Shown: in pieces, positions 7,086 to 15,677 of the stretch
Layout: every line of letters begins with the position of its first letter
Numbering within the stretch: position 1 is the first letter of the stretch
From: Thermoanaerobaculia bacterium
GTDB taxonomy: Bacteria; Acidobacteriota; Thermoanaerobaculia; Multivoradales; JAGPDF01
Assembly (NCBI GenBank): GCA_963719555.1
Contig: CAVRCL010000013.1
Span: 1,463 to 65,462, forward strand
DNA: 64,000 nt
Direction of reading: 5' to 3'
Notes under the pieces: generated by a model
The model's input: the letters and a program-made list of their open reading frames with translations, nothing else
Database searches by the model: none
Told to the model about the DNA's origin: nothing
Position numbers and translations under genes: made by a program

Positions 7086-7665
7086 TCACCGGTGAATCGA
7101 GAAGAGGTCCTTCGGGCAGGCCTCGACGCAGTCGCCGCAGGCGGTGCACCGGACCTCGTCGACCACCGGCAGCCCGTGCGTATCCATTCGGATCGCCTCG
7201 AAGTTGCAGACCACCGCACAGTCGGCGAGTCCGAGGCAGCCCCAGAAACAGCCTTTGCCGCCGCCGGCTACCAGCGCCGCGGCGCGGCACGACTCGTGTC
7301 CCTGGTAGTGCGCCCGGTTGCGGGCGACGTTCGAGCCGCCAGCGCAGGCGAGGCGCGCTACCCGCTTCTCCTCGGCCCGACATCGACACCGAGGAAGGCC
7401 GCGATACGGGCCCGCCCGTCGTCGGTCGAGACGCTGCACTTGCCGGGGGAGGCGGCGCCGGTGACCAGCGCTTCGGCGAACGGACGACAGCCCGGGAAGC
7501 CGCAGGCGCCGCAGTTGGCGTGCGGCAGCACTGCTCGACTTCGTCGATGCGCGGATCCTCGTCGACGTGGAGACGGCGGTGCGCCAGGACCAGGAGGGTC
7601 ACCAGGAGCAGGGAGAGACCGCCGAGGGCGCCGATCGACGTCAGGACCAACAGCTTCGACTTTCC
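7086..7665 (-). pseudogene. rnfB: Electron-transport complex subunit RnfB-like Fe-S protein (two frame breaks as assembled)
   Basis: TM start ...[38 protein letters not shown] | [52 protein letters not shown] | [96 protein letters not shown]. Domain order and Cys motifs match RnfB. Breaks at ~7530 and ~7378. Start codon uncertain. Confidence 0.65.
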
Positions 7666-7799
7666 CCCCTCCCGGGCACTCCGCCCGCCGGGGATCAGCC
7701 TAGCGTCTAGCCTCTTTCGTCCCCCGCTCACATGGGTGGGACGGCCCGCCCCGGCCGGCCCGCCCTGCAGTGCGGAAGCCCGGCGCAGAGCCGTCGCAC

Positions 7800-8933
7800 T
7801 CACCGTAGACCATCCAGAGCGGTCCGGGGAAGAGGAAAGAGAGGCCGCTCGCGCAGGCGGTCGCGCCAGTTCTCCCAGTTGTGCCCGTCGAAGGCCTCGA
7901 CATAGCGCACATCCATGCCGGTCGACTGCAGGATCGGCACCAGGGAGCGGTTCTCGTAGATCAGCGACTCGTAGACACCGCACGAGACGAAGACGCGCTC
8001 CGAGATGCGCGTCGGCGCGTCGCGGAAGCCGTTGACGAACTCGACCACCGGCTCGAACGCCGGACCGCGGCGGCTCGGTCCGATGTCGGTGAAGGCGAAC
8101 GAGCCCGACTGCAGCAGCAGGCGTCCGAATGCCCCGGATGGTGCCCGCCGCGGCGAGCGCCGCCACGCCGCCGAAGCTCGCGCCATGAGACCGCGGCTCG
8201 CCGGGCCCTTCTGCAGCGGATAGCGCACCTCGAGCGCCGGGACGCAGCTCTTCGGCGAGAAACCGGCTGTGATCGACGTCGCCGCGTAGTCGCGCAGGCG
8301 CTGACGCGACTGGGTGAGGGCGACGATCATCGGCGCCACTTCGAGACGGTGGATCAGGTTGTCCAGCACCGTCTTCAACGCCGAGAAATGAAGGTAGTCC
8401 GAGCCGTCGTGGACGATGAGCAGCGGATATCGCCGGCTGCTGCGAAAGCGCGCCGGAAGGTAGACCTGGAGCTCCTGCGAGCCGCCGAGGGCGGTGCTCG
8501 AAACCCGGTGCCTTTCGAGCGCGCCCGGCCGCGCCTCCGGATCGGGCGAGATCCAGTCCGGTATCTGGTACTCCGCTCCCTGGCAGACCGAGTTCGCGCC
8601 GAACGGATCGTGCGCCAGCTGCGAGTTGAGCGGATCGCGGATCAGGCGGGAGAAGTCGCCGCGCTGCACCTCGAGCTTGTACTCCACCCGCGAGCGCACG
8701 GGTATCTCCTGCGTCAAGTACCAGAGATCGGTGCCCACCACCTGGGTGAAAGGCTGGGCCGAGGTCAGGCCGAAGATCCAATGCTGCAGGAAGACGGCAT
8801 CCGCTTCGCCGCGGTAGAGGAAGGTGACCGTTCGGCCCTCGACGATCGGTGCGTTGTGGCCGGCGAGGAAGGAGTCGATCCGCGCCGCAGGGAGCCCCCC
8901 TTCGGCGAGCAGAGCCGAAATCGCGAGGGTCAC
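7800..8933 (-). pseudogene. Esterase-family alpha/beta hydrolase (enterochelin-esterase-like); four +/-1 frame changes as assembled
   Basis: GTG 8931-8933 (GTGA overlap with the upstream stop). ...VTFLYRGEADAVFLQHW...RYPLLIVHDGSDYLHFSALKTVLDNLI...GRLLLQSGSF...DGHNWENWRD. The nucleophile-elbow segment GASFGGVAALAAA and DHSRFLAEELRP are each readable only in alternate frames (breaks ~8281, ~8240, ~8184, ~8135-8146). Confidence 0.6.
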
Positions 8934-9875
8934 TCCGCCTCCAGAGAGGCGACCGTGCCGTCCGGCATCAACCGGCTCATGCCGGAGCCGTGCGCGCGGC
9001 GAGCCACCGCGGAGCGCCCGAGCTCGTCGAGCGCCATCCAGGCGCCGTCGGCCATCGCCACGCAGATCGCCGGCGCGAAGCGCCGCGCGAGCAGCGCCAC
9101 GCGGCGACGGTCGTCGAGCGCCAGCCGGCGACGGGCGTGGGGAAAGAGCACCAGGCCGCGCACCAGGCCGAGGCCGTGCTCGAGAACCTCGGTGTTGCCG
9201 TACCCCTGCGGCGGCGAGTGGTGAAAGAGCACCACGCGCTCGGCGATCGCCATCGCGCCCGCCGACCAGGCGAAGACCGCCTTCCCTTTGAGCTTCTTGT
9301 CGAGATCGAACAGGCGCATGCGGTTCAACAGAATGGCGACATGGCCGCCGGCGATCGCCAGCCCCTCGACCTTCTCGATCTGGCGCGCCATCTGGCGACT
9401 GTGGCGCTCGATCGCGGGGCGTCCGGCCGACGTGCTGGCGGACGAAGGTGGCATGCACTTCGTCCACTCGCGCCAGGTGATGTTCGTCGAGGGCGCGAAT
9501 GGCGTCCAGAGCCGACTCACGCTCGGGTGCCAGCAGTTCCGGGTCGCCCGAGCGCATCTCGAGCTCGCGCAGCGCCGTCTTGGCGTAGCCGAGCCGTGAA
9601 CGGTAGAGCTCTTGCAGCTCGCGCAGGCGCTCCTGGCGCTCGCGATAGGCCGCGGAGAGCTCCGGATCGCGCTCGAAGGCGTCCTCGCCGCGGGCATAGA
9701 GCATGAGGTTCATCGTGCGCTCGCCCAGGTGCTCGTGAAGCTCCAGGTCTTCGGCCTCGCGCTCCTGCCAGCCGGCGGTCACCGAAGCCAGCCGGCCGGC
9801 GATGCCGGCGCGCGCCACCGCCTCGCCCAGGGTGGGCGCGAATCGCTGCGGTCCGAGGAGGGTGACGGTCGGCAT
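8930..9875 (-). pseudogene. Type-1 glutamine-amidotransferase-like (peptidase S51 / cyanophycinase-like) protein; one frame break
   Basis: MPTVTLLGPQRFAPTLGEAVARAGIAGRLASVTAGWQEREAEDLELHEHL... switches frame near 9430 to ...RPAIERHSRQMARQIEKVEGLAIAGGHVAILLNRMRLFDL...AVFAWSAGAMAIAERVVLFHH...*. Family assignment is from recall of similarly annotated proteins and is tentative. Confidence 0.5.
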
Positions 9876-9937
9876 GAGCTAGAATCCTATGGTTCCAAAA
9901 GCCTGCGAGTCCATTCGCCGAGCGCGAAGGAGAGATC

Positions 9938-11157
9938 ATGCACGTCATCTTCGTGGAACCGAAATTCCCCTTCAACCAGCGCGAGTTCGTGCGCGGGCTG
10001 GCTGCCGTCGGCGCGCGCGTCACCGGCATCGGCGAGCGCCCCTGGAGGCGATCGACGAGGAGCTGCGCGGCTGGATGGTCGGTTACGAGCAGGTGCGCTC
10101 GGTGGTGCACGAACCCGCCATGCTCGAAGCGGTGCGCCGCGTGCAGGCGACGGCCTGGGTGGATCGCATGGAGGCGACGGTGGAGGCCCACATCCTCCCG
10201 GCGGCCAAGGTCCGCGCAGAGGCCGGCATCCCGGGAACCACCGTCGAGACCGCCTTCCTCTGCCGCGACAAGCCGGCGATGAAGGAGGCGTTGCGCCAGG
10301 CCGACGTCTCCTGCGCACAGTCGCGCGGCGTCTCGAGCCCGCAGGAGCTGCGCATGTTCGCCGCCGAAGTCGGCTACCCGATCATCCTCAAGCCGCGCGC
10401 CGGCGCCGGCGCTTCGGGCACGCAGCGGGTCGACAACGACCGTGAGCTCGAAAGCGCGATCGTCGACCAGGGGCTGGACCGCGGCGCCTCGGTCGCCGCC
10501 GAGGAGTTCATCGAGGGCCACGAGGGCTTCTACGACACGATCTCGATCGGCGGCAAAGTCGTGCACGAGTTCATCTCGCACTACTACCCGAACGTGCTCG
10601 AGGCGATGCGCACGCGCTGGATCTCACCCCAGATCGTCACCACGAACCGCGTCGACGCGCCGGGCTACAACGACCTGCGCCGGATGGGCCAGAAGGTCAT
10701 CGAGGCCCTCGGCATCACCACCTCGCCAACCCACATGGAGTGGTTCTTCGGCCCGAAGGGGTTGAAGTTCTCCGAGATCGGCTGTCGCCCTCCGGGGGTC
10801 GGTGTCTGGGATCTCTACGCCGCGGCGAACGACTTCGACATCTACCGCGAATGGGCGATGGCCGTCGTCCACGGCCGCCCCGGGCAGCAGACCTCGCGGC
10901 GCTACTCCGCCGGCATGATCGCGCTGCGCCCGAACCGCGACGGCCGGGTCTCCGGCTATGAAGGCCTCGAACAGGTCTATCAGGCCTACGGCGACTGGAT
11001 CATCGACTCGCACATGCCGCCCCCCGGCTCGCCCACCGGCGGCGTCGAAGGCGGCTACATGGCGAACGCCTGGATCCGCATGAAGCACCCCGACTACGAC
11101 CAGCTGCGCCGCATGCTCGACCTCGTCGGCCGCACGATCAAGGTTCTCGCACAGTAG
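9938..11157 (+). pseudogene. ATP-grasp domain protein (one frame break near 10040-10044)
   Basis: MHVIFVEPKFPFNQREFVRGLAAVGARVTGIGERP | LEAIDEELRGWMVGYEQVRSV...LCRDKPAMKEALRQADVSCAQS...GYPIILKPRAGAGASGTQRVDNDRELE...EEFIEGHEGFYDTI...HMEWFFGPKGLKFSEIGCRPPG. This is the ATP-grasp fold pattern (K-P..G.gs.G; E.fI.G.E). Confidence 0.7.
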
Positions 11158-11182
11158 ACCGACGTCGCAGGCACGAGCCGAC

Positions 11183-11713
11183 ATGACGACGGCGGCAACG
11201 ATCTATCGCAGCACGATGCCGAGCCCGCTCGGGCCGCTGCTCCTCTGCGGCACGGCGACGGCGATCACCGCCCTCTTCATGGCGACGCGGAAGCACCCGG
11301 AGGAGGTTCCTTCCGACACCCGCCAGGACGACGGCCCGTTCCGCGAGGCCCGCCGGCAGCTCGAGGCCTACTTCGCCGGCGAGCTGCGCGAGTTCACCCT
11401 CGCGCTCGCTCCCCTCGCTCCGAATGCGACGCTCTTCCGGCAGAAGGTCTGGCGCGCGCTGCGCGACATCCCCTACGGCGCCACCGAGAGCTACGGTGCG
11501 CTCGCACAGCGGATCGGCCTGCCGCAGGCGGCGCGCGCCGTTGGCCTCGCCAACGGTCGCAACCCGATCGCCATCGTCATCCCCTGCCACCGGGTGATCG
11601 GCAAGAACGGCGCCCTGGTCGGCTACGGCGGCGGCATCGAGCGCAAGCAGTGGCTGCTCGCCCACGAGCAGCGCCTCGGCCCAGGTGCCCAGCAGCGCCT
11701 GCCGGGGTTCTGA
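11183..11713 (+). CDS. ogt: Methylated-DNA--protein-cysteine methyltransferase
   Basis: 176 aa. ...FRQKVWRALRDIPYGATESYGALAQRIGLPQAARAVGLANGRNPIAIVIPCHRVIGKNGALVGYGGG... contains the PCHRV active site and a helix-turn-helix. Confidence 0.85.
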   Translation: MTTAATIYRSTMPSPLGPLLLCGTATAITALFMATRKHPEEVPSDTRQDDGPFREARRQLEAYFAGELREFTLALAPLAPNATLFRQKVWRALRDIPYGATESYGALAQRIGLPQAARAVGLANGRNPIAIVIPCHRVIGKNGALVGYGGGIERKQWLLAHEQRLGPGAQQRLPGF

Positions 11714-11771
11714 GCGTCGCGTCGACTCGCGCGGCGGCGCGCGGGCCGACCACGTCCATCCCCTCGGCGCT

Positions 11772-13154
11772 CTACTGCACCGGAAATCCGAGCGACGCCG
11801 ACCACTCGGCGGCACCGCCGCTCTCGAAGCCGTCGGCGAGGATCAGGCTGGCGTCCAGGCGGGCGAGGCCCGGGCGGTACTCGAAGTCGGTGTTGATGAG
11901 AACCTCGCCGGCGAGGACCATTCGACCCGCCTGCAGAGTCATGGCCTGGCCGTAGTCGTCGATGTAGGAGGTCGGACCGATGTCGAAAGGCACGATCGTC
12001 CAGCCGTTGCCGGTAAAGGTACTGTCGAGGGCGCCGCCTTCGGTATACCGCACGGCCAACAGATCGGCGTCGCTCGCGGACGGTTCGCGGTAGCCGGCCG
12101 CCAGCACCCTGCCCAGGCCGTCGACGCCGATCTCGGTCAGCCGGATCTGCCCTCCGCCGAGCGCGTGATGGACTTTGCCGTCGAGCGAGAAGGTGGTGTC
12201 GAGCGCGCCGTCCGGCGACAGTCGTGCGATGGCGAGCTCCGTGTCGGTGGTCGACTGCGCCGAGCCGCAGAGGAGAATCTTGCCGGTGTTCGGATCGCGC
12301 GCCAGACCGAAGAGCGCGTCGTGGCGGGCCGTCGAACCACCGAGATCGAAGGCGATGCGCGCCAGGCCATCGCCGTCGAAGGTCGGATCGAGCACCCCTG
12401 CGAGGGTGAATCGGGCGACGACCCAGTCGCCGTTCGTGCCGTTCGTGCCGTAACCAGTCGTACCCGCGGCGATCACCTTGGAGCTGGCGTCGAACGCAAC
12501 GCCGGCAACCGAGTCGTCGATCTGCGCCCCCGAGGGATCGAGAGTCAACCAGCCGTCTGCCGAGAAACTAGTGATGAGGGCGCCGGAGTAGCTCAACAGG
12601 GCGACGACCAGGTCGGCGTCGGTGCCGTTGTTCTGGTAGCCGCCGAGGGCCATCACCCCGATCGGGCTGACCGCGAGGGACATCACCTCTTCGAGTCCTC
12701 CGGGAAGGTCGAGCGTCCAGAAGCCGTCGCCATCGAAGGAGTTGTCGGGGGTGCAGTCCGGGTAGGAGAAGCGTGCGACCGCCAGCCGATCGGAGCCGTA
12801 GCGCGCCGAACCGGCGACGACCAGGCGGCCGAAGCTGTCGAAGGCAGCGGCGTTGGCCCGCCCCCGGGTAGCACCGCCGGGCGGGAAGAAGTAGCAGGTG
12901 CCGGAGGCGGAGCTGTCGCCCAGCGAGCGCCAGAACCACTCGGGGCCGCCCGCGCCCGGATCGCGCGTCCCGACGACGACGACACGATCGTCCGGTGCGA
13001 CGACGACCGCGCTCACCTCGTAGCTTCCTGTCCCGCTGAAGTAGACCTTGCCGTCGCTCCAGAAATCGGTGTCGAGATCGCCATCGGCAGCTACGAGCGC
13101 AGTGGCCAGGAGAAGGACGAGAGCCGGGCAAAACAGCGCCATCGAGGTACGCAT
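11772..13154 (-). CDS. Secreted delta-60-repeat (beta-propeller-like) protein
   Basis: Signal-like MRTSMALFCPALVLLLATALVAA. Recurrent ...LDP(T/S)FDGDG / LDTTFSLDGK / LDSTFTGNG repeats typical of delta-60 repeat proteins. C-terminal ILADGFESGGAAEWSA tail. Confidence 0.6.
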   Translation of the reverse strand: MRTSMALFCPALVLLLATALVAADGDLDTDFWSDGKVYFSGTGSYEVSAVVVAPDDRVVVVGTRDPGAGGPEWFWRSLGDSSASGTCYFFPPGGATRGRANAAAFDSFGRLVVAGSARYGSDRLAVARFSYPDCTPDNSFDGDGFWTLDLPGGLEEVMSLAVSPIGVMALGGYQNNGTDADLVVALLSYSGALITSFSADGWLTLDPSGAQIDDSVAGVAFDASSKVIAAGTTGYGTNGTNGDWVVARFTLAGVLDPTFDGDGLARIAFDLGGSTARHDALFGLARDPNTGKILLCGSAQSTTDTELAIARLSPDGALDTTFSLDGKVHHALGGGQIRLTEIGVDGLGRVLAAGYREPSASDADLLAVRYTEGGALDSTFTGNGWTIVPFDIGPTSYIDDYGQAMTLQAGRMVLAGEVLINTDFEYRPGLARLDASLILADGFESGGAAEWSASLGFPVQ

Positions 13155-13384
13155 GAGAAGAGCCTCCTCGAGGGTAACCGCCATCGGCCGCGGTTAGGGG
13201 ACAGAGCGCCATAAGACAAGACACCACGGGACGAGGCCAGGATCTTCCGGTCCGTGGCTGGCTCGCGGTTGGGCGCCTCGACCGTTGCGAACGCGGCTGC
13301 GGCAGGGCTCGTCGGGGCGCCGAAGACGCGCTACCGTCCTGCCGGCGGGCAGAACCCCCGGCCTCGCCAGCCGCACACAGGTGC

Positions 13385-15571
13385 ATGCGAAATCTCGTCC
13401 GAAAGCTCCGGCAGTGCGCCAGCGCTGCGATAATACCCATCATGTTCACTTCTAGAATGCGCCGCTCGCCAGTTCCTCACTTCGCTCGTCCGCGCGTCCT
13501 CGCAGCCTGCGGGATTCTCGGGTTGGCGATCTCCCTGACGTCACCCGGCCTGCGCGCCGCTGACGCCGCGACGTCCGAGCCCGGCATCGACCTCGCCGGT
13601 ATCGACCGGGCGGTGCCCCCGGGTGACGACTTCTTCGCCTACGCCAACGGCACCTGGCTCGCGACGACCGAGATTCCGGCCGACCGCGCCGCCTGGGGCT
13701 CGTTCGCCGTCCTCGCCGAGGAGGCCAATCGCCGCACCCGGGAACTGATCCAGGAGGCTGCAGCCGCAGCCAGTGCGACCGACGCCGACGCCCGCAAGGT
13801 GGGCGACTACTACCTGGCGTTCATGGACCAAGCCGCCATCGAAGCGCAAGGCAAGCGGCCGATCGAGCCCGAGCTCGCTGCCATTGCTACGCTGGCCGAC
13901 AAGGCTGCCCTCGCGCGCTTTCTCGGCGCCCAGCTGCGCGCCGATGTCGATCCGCTCAACATGACGAACTTCCATACCGACCGCCTGTTCGGGCTCTGGG
14001 TCTCGCCCGACATCGACAATCCGGCGAAGAACGCCGCCTACCTGCTCCAGGGCGGCCTCGGGATGCCCGACCGCGACAACTACACCGCCACCGACGAGAC
14101 GAGCCGCGCTCTACAGGCCAGGTACCGCGCGCATATCGCCCGCATGCTCGAGCTCGCCGGACTCAGCGGGCCCGGCGAGAGCGCCGCCCGCGCCGACCGG
14201 ATCTACGCCCTCGAAGCGAAGATCGCGGCCACCCATGCGACGCGCACCGAGTCGATGGAAGTCCAGCGCGCCAACAACCGCTGGCCGCTCGCCGAGTTCC
14301 CCGCCCGGGCGCCCGGCCTCGACTGGCCGGCCTTCTTCGACGCCGCCGGCCTCGGCGCCCGGGGCGCGAAAGTGAGCGCGTTGATGGTCTGGCACCCGGG
14401 CGCGGTCACCGGCATCGCCGCCCTGGCCGCCTCGGAGCCGCTCGCAGCCTGGCAGGACTACCTCGCCTTCCGCACCGTCGACCGCGCCGCACCGCTGCTC
14501 TCGCAGGCGTTCGTCGACCAGCAGTTCGCCTTCTACGGCACCGCGCTCTCCGGCGCCACCCAGCTGCGCGACCGCTGGAAGCGCGCCGTCGACGCGACCA
14601 GCGGGGCGCTCGGCGAGGCGGTCGGGAAGATCTACGCCGCGAAGTACTTCCCGCCGGAGGCCAAGGCGGAGGCGCAGAAGATGGTGCAGAACATCGTCAT
14701 CGCGTTCGGCAAACGGGTGGACAACCTCGCCTGGATGTCGCCGGCGACGCGCGCCAAGGCGAAGGCCAAGCTCGACACGCTCTACGTCGGCATCGGCTAC
14801 CCCGACCGCTGGCGCGACTACAGCGGCCTCGCCGTGGCGCGCGACGACGCCTTCGGCAACGCCGCGCGCTCGGAGCTCTTCGATTACACCTCGGCTCTCG
14901 CCGAGCTCGCGCAGCCGGTGGACAAGACCCAGTGGCGGATGATGCCGCAGACGGTCAACGCGGTGAATCTGCCGCTGCAGAATGCGATGAACTTCCCCGC
15001 CGCAATCCTGCAGCCCCCGTTCTTCGATCCTCGGACCGATCCGGCGCAGAACTACGGCGGCATCGGCGTCGTCATCGGCCACGAGATCAGCCACAGCTTC
15101 GACGATCAGGGCGCCCAGTTCGACGCCAGCGGCCGCCTCGCCAACTGGTGGAGCGACGAGGACATGAAGCATTTCCAGGCTGCGGCCCAGCGTCTGACGG
15201 CGCAGTACGATGCCTACGAGCCGCTCCCGGGGAGCCGCGTCAACGGCAAGCTCACCCTGTCGGAGAACATCGCCGACGTCGCCGGCATCGCCGCCGCCTA
15301 CGACGGCTACCGCGCCGTCTACGGCGGCAAGGAGGGGCCTTCGGCGCAGGGGCTCACCGGCGACCAGCGCTTCTTCCTCTCGTTCGGCCAGATCTGGCGC
15401 TCCAAGATCCGGCCGGAGGCGCTGCGCAGCTCGCTGCTGACCAACGGCCATGCGCCCGGTGAGTTCCGCGCCGACACGGTGCGCAACGTCGACGCCTGGT
15501 ACGCGGCGTTCCAGGTCCCGCCGGCCACGCGCCTCTACCTCGCCCCGGAGGCCCGCGTCCGCGTCTGGTGA
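13385..15571 (+). CDS. pepO: M13 family metallopeptidase (PepO / endothelin-converting-enzyme-like)
   Basis: 728-aa ORF. Signal-like region. VIGHEISHSFDDQG (HExxH) and ...ENIADVAGI... (E-x-x-x-D) motifs. The true start may be 13442 or 13457. Confidence 0.85.
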   Translation: MRNLVRKLRQCASAAIIPIMFTSRMRRSPVPHFARPRVLAACGILGLAISLTSPGLRAADAATSEPGIDLAGIDRAVPPGDDFFAYANGTWLATTEIPADRAAWGSFAVLAEEANRRTRELIQEAAAAASATDADARKVGDYYLAFMDQAAIEAQGKRPIEPELAAIATLADKAALARFLGAQLRADVDPLNMTNFHTDRLFGLWVSPDIDNPAKNAAYLLQGGLGMPDRDNYTATDETSRALQARYRAHIARMLELAGLSGPGESAARADRIYALEAKIAATHATRTESMEVQRANNRWPLAEFPARAPGLDWPAFFDAAGLGARGAKVSALMVWHPGAVTGIAALAASEPLAAWQDYLAFRTVDRAAPLLSQAFVDQQFAFYGTALSGATQLRDRWKRAVDATSGALGEAVGKIYAAKYFPPEAKAEAQKMVQNIVIAFGKRVDNLAWMSPATRAKAKAKLDTLYVGIGYPDRWRDYSGLAVARDDAFGNAARSELFDYTSALAELAQPVDKTQWRMMPQTVNAVNLPLQNAMNFPAAILQPPFFDPRTDPAQNYGGIGVVIGHEISHSFDDQGAQFDASGRLANWWSDEDMKHFQAAAQRLTAQYDAYEPLPGSRVNGKLTLSENIADVAGIAAAYDGYRAVYGGKEGPSAQGLTGDQRFFLSFGQIWRSKIRPEALRSSLLTNGHAPGEFRADTVRNVDAWYAAFQVPPATRLYLAPEARVRVW

Positions 15572-15677
15572 GCGCTCGCTGATAGCGCCTCCGGCCGCGG
15601 TCACATCCTTGTGGGGGCGGGGCGGGGGCGGAGCCGGGACCGGGCGCGCGGTCGCTGCCGGGTGTTAACGTTCGGCC

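Noticed and set aside
15613-15638. G-quadruplex-type tract GGGGGCGGGGCGGGGGCGGAGCCGGG between pepO and the thioredoxin-like gene.
   Set aside because: The tract is real in the sequence, but such G-runs are expected frequently at ~70% GC. There is no evidence of function from sequence alone.
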